Source: Acidimicrobiia bacterium
GTDB taxonomy: Bacteria > Actinomycetota > Acidimicrobiia > Spongiisociales > ZC4RG35
Direction: 5' to 3'
Assembly: GCA_036374335.1 (NCBI GenBank)
Contig: DASUUC010000063.1
Span: 42,811-106,810, forward strand
Length of the DNA: 64,000 nt
In this document: piece by piece, positions 53,402 through 61,862 of the stretch
Position numbering within the stretch: the first letter of the stretch is position 1
How the letters are laid out: the number at the start of each line of letters is the position of its first letter
Notes under the pieces: generated by a model
The model's database searches: none
Told to the model about the DNA's origin: nothing
What the model saw: the letters and a program-made list of their open reading frames with translations, nothing else
Position numbers and translations under genes: made by a program

Positions 53402-55216
53402 ATGACCAACGACATGCTGAGCGCAAGCGTCCACGAGTCGATGGCCCGATTCAGGTCGTCGCTGCTTCGTCGCGCTTCGGCCGTGGCCTGGGTGGTGCTC
53501 ATCATCATCGGCTACCAGGCGGTGCGCAGCCCGCTGCCAGATGGCACACAGTTGTTCACCCGGCCCCAGTTCTACATTCCAATGTCCGGACTGGCGTTGC
53601 TGCTGATCCTCTCCTCGGCGTTGCGATGGGATCGGATCATGCGCTCCCCTGCCGCTCCTTGGGCTGCCACCGGCTGGCTACTGGGGATGATCGCCGGGCT
53701 GTCAGGCCTCGCCCTGATTCCCGACCTCAATGCCACCACCGAACCGGTGCTGTTCGGGATGGCCGCAGTGTCGGGTCTCTTGTTGGTCTGGTGGACCCAC
53801 GGCCTGGTGACCGTGATCATCAGCCTGGCCATCGCCTTCATCAACTTCGGCCTCGGCGAGGCCAATGTGATCGCAGACGTCCTCGCCCCCATCGTCGTGG
53901 TCCTGGTCGTCGCAGCGGCTACGGCACTCGTCGGCTTTGAATTCGAGAGGGAGGCGGTCACCTCGTTCTCCAACGAGGCCAAGCTGGAACAGCAACGTCT
54001 CGACTTCGAGCGTCTCTACGCGGTCAGTGCCACCCTCGCCCGAGCCGAGTCGTTGGCAGAGATCGTCCCCCACCTGGTGGGCACGATCTGCAAATACCTC
54101 GACGCCCAGGTGGGAGTGGTCCTGCTCAACGATCAACAGTTGCAGCGTCTCGAAGTGATGAGCCCGATCTGGGTCAACGGGTATCCGCTGGAAACCGATC
54201 CGATTTCGGTTGAGATCAATGCACCAAGTGTGGTTGCGCAGACCTATAGAGCTGCCAAACCCATCTACGTCAAACGGGTCGACGAGGACACCGAGTCACA
54301 CATCCTGTTGAAGGACCTCGGGCTGAAACAAGCTCTGGTCGCCCCGCTGAAAGTCGAGTCGATGAGAGTTGGCGTCATCGTGGTCGGCGACCCCTACGAG
54401 GGCGACTTCTCCGAAGATCAGCTCGAGCAGCTCGGCTCCCTGGCCGCCCCTGCCGGTCTCGTCCTCAGCCAAATCGGGCGATACGAGGCCCAAGCCGAGA
54501 TGACCCGCCGTCTCGAGGAAGTGGCACAAATGAAGACCGATTTCGTCTCCACGGTCAGCCACGAGCTGCGCAGCCCACTCACTTCGATCATCGGGTCGCT
54601 GGACACCGTCAACCGTCCCGAGCTGGCCCCTCAGGAGCCGATGTCTCAACAACTCCTGGTGAGTGCGCGTCGCCAGGCGGGACGTCTCCAGCGTCTCATC
54701 GAGGACCTCCTGGTCGTGTCTCGCATAGATCGCGGTGTGATTCCGGTCCATCCGGAGGTGGTCGAGGTCAAGGAGATCTTCGACGAGGTCAACCGGGTGG
54801 TGTCGATCGAGCCCACCTCGACGGTGGAGCCGGCCAACCTCGCGGTGTACGCCGACCGGGATCACTTCCAGCGAATCCTCATCAACCTGGTTGAGAACGC
54901 CGCCAAGTACGCGCCCGACTCGCCGGTCGAGCTCTACGCCTGGCAAAAGGGGAACCGGGCGATGATGGCGGTTGTCGACCACGGCCCGGGGATTCCGGAG
55001 ACCTCACGAGAGAGCATCTTCGAGCGTTTCACCCAGCTCGACCAGTCTGACACCAGATCGAGAGGGGGCACAGGCCTCGGCCTGTCCATCGTGAAGAGCC
55101 TCACCGAGGTCATGCAGGGGTCGGTCCGTGTCGAGGCCACTGAAGGCGGTGGAGCCACGTTCCTCGTCGACCTGCCCGCTGCGACATCCGAAGGGATGCC
55201 TGCCGCCCGGTACTAG
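53402..55216 (+). CDS. Sensor histidine kinase (multi-TM + GAF + HisKA + HATPase_c), no adjacent response regulator
   Basis: About 5 N-terminal TM segments, a GAF-like region, the H-box SHELRSPLTSI, the N-box LINLVENAAKY, and G-boxes DHGPGI / GGTGLGLSIV. The start may be 53402, 53414 or 53444. Confidence 0.88.
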   Translation: MTNDMLSASVHESMARFRSSLLRRASAVAWVVLIIIGYQAVRSPLPDGTQLFTRPQFYIPMSGLALLLILSSALRWDRIMRSPAAPWAATGWLLGMIAGLSGLALIPDLNATTEPVLFGMAAVSGLLLVWWTHGLVTVIISLAIAFINFGLGEANVIADVLAPIVVVLVVAAATALVGFEFEREAVTSFSNEAKLEQQRLDFERLYAVSATLARAESLAEIVPHLVGTICKYLDAQVGVVLLNDQQLQRLEVMSPIWVNGYPLETDPISVEINAPSVVAQTYRAAKPIYVKRVDEDTESHILLKDLGLKQALVAPLKVESMRVGVIVVGDPYEGDFSEDQLEQLGSLAAPAGLVLSQIGRYEAQAEMTRRLEEVAQMKTDFVSTVSHELRSPLTSIIGSLDTVNRPELAPQEPMSQQLLVSARRQAGRLQRLIEDLLVVSRIDRGVIPVHPEVVEVKEIFDEVNRVVSIEPTSTVEPANLAVYADRDHFQRILINLVENAAKYAPDSPVELYAWQKGNRAMMAVVDHGPGIPETSRESIFERFTQLDQSDTRSRGGTGLGLSIVKSLTEVMQGSVRVEATEGGGATFLVDLPAATSEGMPAARY

Positions 55217-55223
55217 TGGTCGA

Positions 55224-56021
55224 CTAAGCCTGGTCGTCCTCTGGTCCGACTCCAGCCGCGATGGCGTGGAAGCCACCGTCGACATGGACTATCTCCCCCG
55301 ACGTCATCTTCGCCCAATCGCTGAGCAGGACGCAGACCATGCGCGCCACCGGGTCGGGATCAGAGGTGTCCCATCTCAGCGGCGACCTTTCGCTCCACAC
55401 CTCGTCGAACCTGGCAAACCCTGGAATGGACTTGGCAGCGACGGTGCTCAGGGGTCCCGCTGACACCGCGTTGACCCGTATATGGTGTGGGCCCAGGTCA
55501 CGGGCGAGGTATCGGGTCACACTCTGCAGAGCCGACTTGGCCACGCCCATCCAGTCGTATGCGGGCCACGCTTGGCTGTTGTCGAAGTCCATTGCCACGA
55601 GAGCACCGCCCCCCGCCTTCTCCAACAGCGGTAACAAGCCAACTGCCAGCGTCTTGTACGAGAAAGCCGAAACCGTGAACGCGGTCTGAGCCGACTCGAC
55701 TGGCGTATTGAGGAAGTTGCCTCCCAGGGCGTCGTCGGGAGCGAAGGCAATGGCGTGCAATGCACCGTCAACCCGCCCCCAGCGGCTGTCGAGGTCGCCG
55801 ACCACGGCTTCGACATGGCCGGGATCGTTGATGTCGAGCTCGAGGACGTCACAGGGCTCTGGGAGTCGTTGCACCGACCGCTCGGTGAGCCGCAAACCCC
55901 GCCCAAAACCGGTGCAGACCACTTCCGCGCCTTCCTCCTGGGCGACCCGCGCGGTGTGCCAGGCGATCGAGTCGTCGGTGAGCACACCGGTGATGAGAAG
56001 TTTCTTGTCTTCGAGCAGCAT
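55224..56021 (-). CDS. fabI: Enoyl-[acyl-carrier-protein] reductase (NADH), FabI/InhA type
   Basis: LEDKKLLITGVLTDDSIAWHTARVAQEEGAEVVCTGF.. is closely colinear with the recalled InhA N-terminus. 265 aa. Confidence 0.88.
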   Translation of the reverse strand: MLLEDKKLLITGVLTDDSIAWHTARVAQEEGAEVVCTGFGRGLRLTERSVQRLPEPCDVLELDINDPGHVEAVVGDLDSRWGRVDGALHAIAFAPDDALGGNFLNTPVESAQTAFTVSAFSYKTLAVGLLPLLEKAGGGALVAMDFDNSQAWPAYDWMGVAKSALQSVTRYLARDLGPHHIRVNAVSAGPLSTVAAKSIPGFARFDEVWSERSPLRWDTSDPDPVARMVCVLLSDWAKMTSGEIVHVDGGFHAIAAGVGPEDDQA

Positions 56022-56383
56022 CAGAAGCTCACGCCAAATGTCATCATCCCTCGTATTCCTAGACCCATCGCGAACAGTAGAAGCAACCCGTAGTACAGGG
56101 CGGGCCGTTTCCTGAACTGGCCGCGGTATATATAGGCAAAGGCAAATGCAACAGCTATTAGGACACCGTAGAAGGCATGCTGGTTACCAGGGTCGACCCC
56201 GTCGGTCGACATCAAGACCACACCCACCACCACCTGAAGGAGCATGGCGGTGATGGCGACGCCCACCGCCCACAAGAAAGTCTTGGGGACCTTTTCGCGG
56301 TTCAACATGACCACTCCCCAGAGACCCACGATCCCGTTGATCCAGATCGCGATCACAGCCCATACGGTGTGGAAGGAGCTCAA
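56021..56383 (-). CDS. Small 4-TM membrane protein
   Basis: 120 aa with four hydrophobic segments. Its stop overlaps the fabI start by 1 nt. Confidence 0.6.
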   Translation of the reverse strand: MSSFHTVWAVIAIWINGIVGLWGVVMLNREKVPKTFLWAVGVAITAMLLQVVVGVVLMSTDGVDPGNQHAFYGVLIAVAFAFAYIYRGQFRKRPALYYGLLLLFAMGLGIRGMMTFGVSF

Positions 56384-56450
56384 GCCGGCCGGAGCATAAA
56401 CGCACTCACTCTGCGTGAGCGATGGCTAAGGTTCGGCCAGGAGGTTGAAG

Positions 56451-56717
56451 ATGTTCGAGGCTGTGCAGTTCATCGAGCGTCGTGGCTTGCCCGAGCCCGA
56501 CGAAACAGTGCTTGGCGACTATGCGCAAGAGACCGAGGCCATCGAGTCGGCACGGATCTCCCGAACCATATTCATGGAGAACGGGTCGGACGATTATGCA
56601 TGGTGGATCGTCCGGAAGAAAGGCGCCCGTCTCGCCAACTTCATCGCCGACTCCAAGAGCGACAAGGAGTTCGTCCTCGACCTCAGCTCGGGTGAGCTGG
56701 TCGAGGTGACCATCTGA
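56451..56717 (+). CDS. Small hypothetical protein
   Basis: ATG 56451 lies 8 nt after AGGAGG. 88 aa and acidic. I recognise no motif. Confidence 0.5.
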   Translation: MFEAVQFIERRGLPEPDETVLGDYAQETEAIESARISRTIFMENGSDDYAWWIVRKKGARLANFIADSKSDKEFVLDLSSGELVEVTI

Positions 56718-56763
56718 GCCCCGACTCCAACTGGTGACCACTCAGTGTGGTCAATGGCCGGGG

Positions 56764-58377
56764 TCACTCCTCCATCAGGAGATCGGCGTACCGGTCCCTG
56801 ACCACCTTCTTGTCGAACTTCCCGGTGCCGGTCTTCGGGATCTCGTCGATGAACACGATCTCGTCGGGCAGCCACCACTTGGCAACCCTCTGACTCAAGT
56901 GGTTCAGCAACTCCTCTTCGGTGACCTCGGCTCCAGAGGCGACCACGACGAAGGCGGCGGGTCGCTCCTGCCACTTGGCGTGTTTGAGCCCGACCACGGT
57001 CGCCTCGGCAACCGCGGGGTGAGCCATGAGCTGATTCTCCACGTCGAGTGAGCTGATCCACTCGCCACCGGATTTGATGACGTCTTTGGCCCGGTCGGTG
57101 ATCCGCACGTACCCCTCGGGAGTGATCTTGCACACATCTCCGGTTCGCAGCCATCCGTCTTCGAATGACTGCGGGGTCCGTTCGTCTTTGTAGTACTCGG
57201 CGGCGATCCACGGGCCGCGGATGAGCAACTCGCCGGATGCCTCCCCGTCGTGGGGCAGCTCCTCGCCGACCTCGTCGACGATCTTCACCTGCAGGCCCGG
57301 AGTGGGGATCCCCGCGGTCTCCAGGCGATCGAGCTGGTCCTCGAGGTCCCAGGTCTCCATATGCGGTTTGAGATAGGCCATCGAGGCGATGGGATTGGTC
57401 TCGGTCATCCCCCAGCCCTGGACCACTCTGATGCCCCGGTCTTCCCAATACGCCTTGATCATCGCTCGGGGAACGGCAGAGCCGCCGCAGAGGAAAGCTC
57501 GAATCGACGACACGTCGATCTCGGGATGAGCGTCGAGATATTGCTTGATGCCCAGCCAGACCGTGGGCACACCGGCACTGAAGGTCACCTGCTCCTGGGT
57601 GAAGAGGGTGACCAGGCCCTCCGGCGACAGATCGGGACCGGGATAGGTGATTTTGGCGCCCTTGGTGGTGGCCATGAACGGATAACCCCATGCTGCAGCG
57701 TGGAACATGGGGACGACCGGCAACACGTTGTCCTCGGGCTCGATGGCGAAGTTGGCCAGGTTGGAGATCGTGTGCAGGTAGGTGGACCGTTGCGTGTAGG
57801 CGACCCCCTTGGGGTTCCCCGTGGTGCCGGACGTGTAGCAGAACATCATCGGGGACCGCTCGTCGAGCATGGGCCAATCGCCATGCTGGACCTGGTCCGA
57901 GAGCAGGTCTTCGTATGAGATGGAACCGGGGATGGCGTCACTGGCATCTTCATCCATGACCACGATCGCCTGAACCGTCTCCAACTTGTCGACGAGTGGT
58001 GCCAGCAACGGGACCAGATCGGGGTCGACGAAGATCGCCTTGTCCTGGGCGTGGTTGACGATATAGACGATCTGGTCGGCGAACAGCCTGATATTGAGTG
58101 TGTGACACACCCGCCCGGTGTTCGCCGTCGCCCAGTAGAGCTCATGGTGCCGGTGGTTGTTCCAGGCAAACGTCCCCACCGGCTCCCCGACGCCGATGCC
58201 GAGGGCGTCGAAGGCAGAGGCGAGACGGCGAATGCGGCCGTCGAGCTGGCCGTAGCTCCACCGGGTCTGGCTTCGGTCGCCTTCTACCGACACCACCTGC
58301 TGGTCGGGGTGCACCCACACGGCGTGGTCGTAGAGAGTGCTCAGCAGGAGAGGGAAGTCGTCCTGCATGTGCATCAC
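56764..58377 (-). CDS. fadD: Long-chain fatty-acid--CoA ligase (AMP-dependent synthetase)
   Basis: AMP-binding motif [12 protein letters not shown], plus ..GWGMTE.. and ..GWLRTGD... 537 aa. Confidence 0.88.
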   Translation of the reverse strand: MMHMQDDFPLLLSTLYDHAVWVHPDQQVVSVEGDRSQTRWSYGQLDGRIRRLASAFDALGIGVGEPVGTFAWNNHRHHELYWATANTGRVCHTLNIRLFADQIVYIVNHAQDKAIFVDPDLVPLLAPLVDKLETVQAIVVMDEDASDAIPGSISYEDLLSDQVQHGDWPMLDERSPMMFCYTSGTTGNPKGVAYTQRSTYLHTISNLANFAIEPEDNVLPVVPMFHAAAWGYPFMATTKGAKITYPGPDLSPEGLVTLFTQEQVTFSAGVPTVWLGIKQYLDAHPEIDVSSIRAFLCGGSAVPRAMIKAYWEDRGIRVVQGWGMTETNPIASMAYLKPHMETWDLEDQLDRLETAGIPTPGLQVKIVDEVGEELPHDGEASGELLIRGPWIAAEYYKDERTPQSFEDGWLRTGDVCKITPEGYVRITDRAKDVIKSGGEWISSLDVENQLMAHPAVAEATVVGLKHAKWQERPAAFVVVASGAEVTEEELLNHLSQRVAKWWLPDEIVFIDEIPKTGTGKFDKKVVRDRYADLLMEE

Positions 58378-59000
58378 GCACCTCCTAATAGCTTGGCCTT
58401 CTCTGCCTCGAACTCCGCGTCGGAGAGCTTGCCCTGGTCGTGGAGTCTCGCCAGCTTCTCCAATTGAGATGCCGTCGACTCACCCTCGCCCGGACGACGA
58501 TCGGTACGCGCCGCATTCCCCGATTCCACCTCGGAGATCCTGATCTCGCGCATGCGGTAGATGAGTGACTGCACTCCTTCCGGGTTGGGGATGTCCCGGT
58601 ACCTGGTCTGGCCATGCGTCCCCGCCGATTCGATCATCAGGTCTCCGGTTCCAAAGAGCCGCTCGATCATGGTCTGGTTGAAAGCCACGTTCTGGATCAC
58701 TTCGAGCGGGATCTCGGTCCCCTGCTTGGCGATGAAACCGGCTCGATATATGAGACGTTCGTTGGTGATGACATGAAGCGTCGTGGCCCAGCGGATCAGC
58801 CCGCCGGCGATGAGGAGCAGGACCAATCCGGCCAGAGCGAGATATACCCCGTAATGGAGGTTGAAGAAGATGAGGAGGACGATGGCCAGGGCAATCGCTA
58901 TCAGAACGAGGAGGCCCTCACGCAGAATTCCTGACCAGTGCGGTCTGAACTGGCTCTCGATGACCTCGTCATCGCTGAGCAATCGAGTGGGGTATCCCAT
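58374..59000 (-). CDS. Membrane bPH2 (YdbS/YdbT-like PH) domain protein with C-terminal SHOCT domain
   Basis: Two TM helices, a PH-like region (..NQTMIERLFGTGDLMIESAG..) and a SHOCT tail (QLEKLARLHDQGKLSDAEFEAEKAKLLG). It overlaps the fadD start by 4 nt. An AAGGAG RBS is present. Confidence 0.75.
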   Translation of the reverse strand: MGYPTRLLSDDEVIESQFRPHWSGILREGLLVLIAIALAIVLLIFFNLHYGVYLALAGLVLLLIAGGLIRWATTLHVITNERLIYRAGFIAKQGTEIPLEVIQNVAFNQTMIERLFGTGDLMIESAGTHGQTRYRDIPNPEGVQSLIYRMREIRISEVESGNAARTDRRPGEGESTASQLEKLARLHDQGKLSDAEFEAEKAKLLGGA

Positions 59001-59198
59001 CTCTTGTGGCTCCTTGACTCGTTTCGCCGGAGCCTAACCAGGAGTGGTGGCCGCGGACGCCCGTTCCAGCTCGCCGTGGAGGACCCGCGCCACCCTCCAA
59101 GTTCCCTATCGAAGACCTCCGGCGGTCCTCGAGCTCGGCGTAGAGGACCTCCAGTAGTCGGGGATTTGAGGGGAGTCATCCCCCCTCATGGTCAGGAC

Positions 59199-59252
59199 GC
59201 GAGAAACCCCGAGGGAGTCTCCGCCGAAGCTTCAACCCTCTCGGGGTTCTCA
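59199..59252. repeat. 54-nt hairpin element, copy A
   Basis: GCGAGAAACCCCGAGGG..loop with GCCGAAGC..CCCTCTCGGGGTTCTCA. It matches copy B at 43/54 positions without gaps. Confidence 0.7.
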
Positions 59253-59665
59253 AACCGCACGGTGTCGGGCCGGGGACCCAACTCCGTCCGGTCGCAGCAG
59301 AAACAAGTCCTACTGCTGCGTGATTCTTGCGAATCACTGGCGTCGGTCTCGCGACCTGGCCACCTGGCTGATCTCTCGATCTGCCTGTGACCGACCTCTC
59401 GGTCCGCCGTGGCAAACCTCTCGATTTGCCGTGGTCGTCGACCGCTCGACGATCCCGAAGGATCCCCGTCCGGTGCTTCGACCGAACCTTCGGCCTGCAG
59501 TTTCCCGCAGACTTCCGGCTGACCTTCCTGCCGGCAAGCCGGCTCTCCGGTCCGACCGGTCCGGCGGTTGCCCGCCGAGTTGGTCGCCGTCGTCGGGTTT
59601 CCCCTTCGACGTGGCGGGAAAAGTAGACGAGCCCCCATGGGCTGACAAGTCGAAACCCTCATTGT

Positions 59666-59697
59666 TTTTCGCGAGTTGTGATTCAGTTTTCGCGGAG
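59666..59697 (+). promoter_or_regulatory. Direct repeats TTTTCGCGAG / TTTTCGCGGAG (21-nt spacing) upstream of the membrane gene; TATTTT -10-like box at 59712-59717
   Basis: The repeats lie at 59666-59675 and 59687-59697. TATTTT ends 6 nt before ATG 59724 and there is no SD, which suggests a leaderless transcript. Confidence 0.35.
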
Positions 59698-59723
59698 CGC
59701 TCACCCGCCGATATTTTTGCCCC

Positions 59724-60293
59724 ATGGGAGCCCTGAGAGATTGCGAAGCTGTGGTTCACGGGGTCCTCGGCCAGCCCGTGAACTCGATCACGACGTTGGC
59801 TTTTGTCGTCGCCGGGCTCATCATCATCCGGCGGACAAACCACATCTGGATTGGCATTGCATCCATCGCCACCGGTCTCGGCTCGTTTCTCTTCCACGGC
59901 CCCATGCCGCCGTTTGGCGAGTGGATCCACGATGCCACCCTCGCTTGGCTGCTGCTGGTGGTGGCCGCCCACGGCCGAACGTGGCAGAGGTGGGCGGGTC
60001 TGCCCGGCCTCTTGGCTGTCAGCGCGGTCACGATCATTCCGGGAACATCCGATCCGGTGGGGGCCGCTCTGGCCGGACTGGCTGTGGTGGGAGTCGTGAT
60101 CAGCGACCGCTCCATCTCGACGCTCGGACCGCTGGCTCTCCTTGCAGCAGTTGCCATAGTGGGAAGGCTCGGCGCCACTGACGGGCCGCTGTGCCACCCA
60201 GACAGTATCTGGCAGCCTCACGGGTTGTGGCACATCGGTGCCGCCGTGGCTATCACCTGGTGGGCAGTCGCGCGGTCGAGCGCGACCCGATGA
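59724..60293 (+). CDS. Ceramidase-like (PF05875-like) integral membrane protein, putative
   Basis: 189 aa and about 6 TM segments. N-terminal ..CE......QPVNSITTLAF.., an internal FLFHGP and the C-terminal HGLWHIGAA resemble alkaline-ceramidase-family motifs from memory. Confidence 0.6.
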   Translation: MGALRDCEAVVHGVLGQPVNSITTLAFVVAGLIIIRRTNHIWIGIASIATGLGSFLFHGPMPPFGEWIHDATLAWLLLVVAAHGRTWQRWAGLPGLLAVSAVTIIPGTSDPVGAALAGLAVVGVVISDRSISTLGPLALLAAVAIVGRLGATDGPLCHPDSIWQPHGLWHIGAAVAITWWAVARSSATR

Positions 60294-60300
60294 TCCCGGC

Positions 60301-60354
60301 GCGAGAAACCCCAAGAAAGCCTTGGCCGAAGCCGCAGCCCTCTTGGGGCTCTCA
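60301..60354. repeat. 54-nt hairpin element, copy B
   Basis: GCGAGAAACCCCAAGAAAG..GCCGAAGC..CCCTCTTGGGGCTCTCA. It starts 8 nt after the stop at 60293. One stem pair is changed compensatorily relative to copy A. Confidence 0.7.
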
Positions 60355-60500
60355 TGCCACTCACCGGGAAAGCGGGCCCCCGGATGGGTGGCTGTCCGGA
60401 GAGACCGAAATCTCTCCTTCCCCGATTGAGGTTGCCCTCATTCGGTAGGGAGGGAAAGTACGCACAGGCCCCGTGGCCGTCAACAAGATCCCCACCTAAG

Positions 60501-60530
60501 ATTTCGCGTTTTTCGAGGACTTTTCGCGAG
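60501..60530 (+). promoter_or_regulatory. Direct repeats ATTTCGCG / TTTTCGAGG / TTTTCGCGAG upstream of the MFS gene
   Basis: The TTTCGCG cores at 60502 and 60522 are 20 nt apart, the same motif and phasing as at 59666-59697. Confidence 0.3.
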
Positions 60531-60577
60531 GGACGATTCGCCGGCCAGACCCGATCTTCCTCGTTACCGTCCCGCCG

Positions 60578-61825
60578 ATGTGGTCAGACCGAAATGTCCG
60601 TTCGGTGGTCCTGGCGCGCTTCATTTCCAGGGTGGGTGGTGAGGCGGCCTTCTTCGTCGGGATCTGGGGCAAGGCCGCCTACGACCTCGAATCCACTCCC
60701 GCCCAGCTTGCGGCCGTGATGGCAGCTCTGGGCGTGGCTTCGCTCGTCGGCGCTTCCGTCGCCGGGGTCCTGGTGGACAGGTTCGATCCACGTCGTGTCG
60801 TCATTTGGGGCGAGCTGGCGTTCATCCCCACCGCCCTTTCACTCGTCTTCGCCAACACCATCCCCAGCCTGGTGGTTGCCACATTCGTTCTGGGCCTGGT
60901 GGGCACGCCGGTGTTCACCGCCATCTCCTCGTTCGGCCCCTTCCTGACCTCCGACGAAGAACGGCTCGCCAAGGTCAACTCCTGGATCGAAGGTGCCTCC
61001 TGGACGGCATTCGTCGTCGGGCCGGCCATGGGAGCGATCCTGGCCGGGTCGATCGGCGTGGATTCGATCTTTGCGCTCGATGCTGCCACGTCGCTGATCG
61101 CCGCGGCGCTGCTCTGGCCGGTGAAGGTGAGGCCTCTCGCCAAAGACGTGCCAGGCGGCGGAGGCTGGAGCGAGCTGCGCGAGGGCTTCAGAGTCGCCTA
61201 CCGGAATCCCCGGCTTCGCTTCTACATATGGTTGGGATCGTCGGTATGGCTCCTCTTCGGGGTGTTCAGCGCCTTGGAGCCTCTCTTCTACCGGGACATC
61301 CTCGGCGTTGAGGTAGAGGCCCTCGGCTGGGTCAACTCCATCTTCGGGGTTGGGTTGATCGGTGGCACGCTCATCGCAGGACGTCTGCCCCGACGGTTCC
61401 GGAGCGCACAATGGCTGACGATTCTGGTGGGCATGAATGCGCTCGGTGTGCTCGCCTATGTGGGCACCGACATCCTGACGGTCGTCGTCATCGCCGCGCC
61501 GTTCTGGGGTTTGATAATCGGCCAGATGGCACCGCTGCACCGAACCATGGTGCAGATCAACTCACCGGAGCAAGCGGTGGGCCGGATCATGGGCGTGAAC
61601 CACATCCACGCCGAAGTCGGCCATCTCCTGCCACTCGCCTTCGCTCCGGCTGTCGCCGCGGCCCTGGGAGTCCAGGAGACCCTTCTCGCATCCGGCACCA
61701 TCGTCGCCGTGGTTGCGATCGGTTTCATCATCCCGGCACGTCGTCTCGACCGCACCCGAGTCGTGGAGGTACCCCCTCCCGGGTTGCCCGACCCGGTCGA
61801 CGAGCCGAAGTCTGTGAGCCACTGA
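60578..61825 (+). CDS. MFS transporter
   Basis: 415 aa and about 12 TM segments, with an MFS-like loop motif (GVLVDRFDPRRV). Confidence 0.85.
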   Translation: MWSDRNVRSVVLARFISRVGGEAAFFVGIWGKAAYDLESTPAQLAAVMAALGVASLVGASVAGVLVDRFDPRRVVIWGELAFIPTALSLVFANTIPSLVVATFVLGLVGTPVFTAISSFGPFLTSDEERLAKVNSWIEGASWTAFVVGPAMGAILAGSIGVDSIFALDAATSLIAAALLWPVKVRPLAKDVPGGGGWSELREGFRVAYRNPRLRFYIWLGSSVWLLFGVFSALEPLFYRDILGVEVEALGWVNSIFGVGLIGGTLIAGRLPRRFRSAQWLTILVGMNALGVLAYVGTDILTVVVIAAPFWGLIIGQMAPLHRTMVQINSPEQAVGRIMGVNHIHAEVGHLLPLAFAPAVAAALGVQETLLASGTIVAVVAIGFIIPARRLDRTRVVEVPPPGLPDPVDEPKSVSH

Positions 61826-61862
61826 CGCGTTTCTGTCGGAGGTCGTTCCTAAGATCCTCGAT

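Larger units (their letters stand above)
59001..59723. other. 723-bp non-coding, hairpin-dense divergent intergenic region (candidate structured RNA / long leader / palindrome array)
   Basis: No frame gives a plausible protein. At least 10 perfect 5-15-bp GC-rich stem-loops are present (coordinates in the findings). It shares modules with 60294-60577. Confidence 0.5.

Noticed and set aside
59271-59400. ydaO-type c-di-AMP riboswitch. CGGGGACCCA occurs at 59271-59280, followed by GCGAATCAC.
   Set aside because: I recall the motif also needing a 3' block like ACCCGAA.CCG.CAGCTAACCTCGTAAGCG. The only candidate (GGCTGATCTCTCGATCTGCC) is a poor match. A cmscan would settle this.
59030-59700. tmRNA (ssrA) on the minus strand. 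GGTTTCGACTT (complement of 59647-59657) resembles the tmRNA 5' D-loop analogue, and the minus strand reads ..GCGGCCACCA at 59045-59054. On the plus strand, GCA GAA ACA AGT CCT ACT GCT GCG TGA (59296-59322) could read as a tag-like ..SPTAA stop.
   Set aside because: There is no GGTTCGA.TCC-type T-arm. The putative acceptor halves are not complementary and lack the G3:U70 pair. The two tRNA-like fragments are in the wrong order and spacing, and no ..ALAA-type tag lies in a consistent orientation.
59001-59723. RNase P RNA or SRP (4.5S) RNA. AGGAAGGTC and GGTCAGCCGGAAG on the minus strand (complement of 59512-59530) vaguely resemble the P4 and SRP helix-8 motifs.
   Set aside because: The universally conserved GGAAAGTCC and ACAGAA.CCGGC (RNase P) and CCGGAAGGAAGCAGC (SRP) strings are absent on both strands, and the closing pairs around GGAA do not form.
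59334-60314. 326-aa minus-strand ORF spanning the structured region and the membrane gene (also 59188..59736 on the plus strand)
   Set aside because: The translations are Arg/Pro/Gly/Ser-rich with no domain-like segments. The plus-strand ORF 59724..60293 has coherent TM helices.
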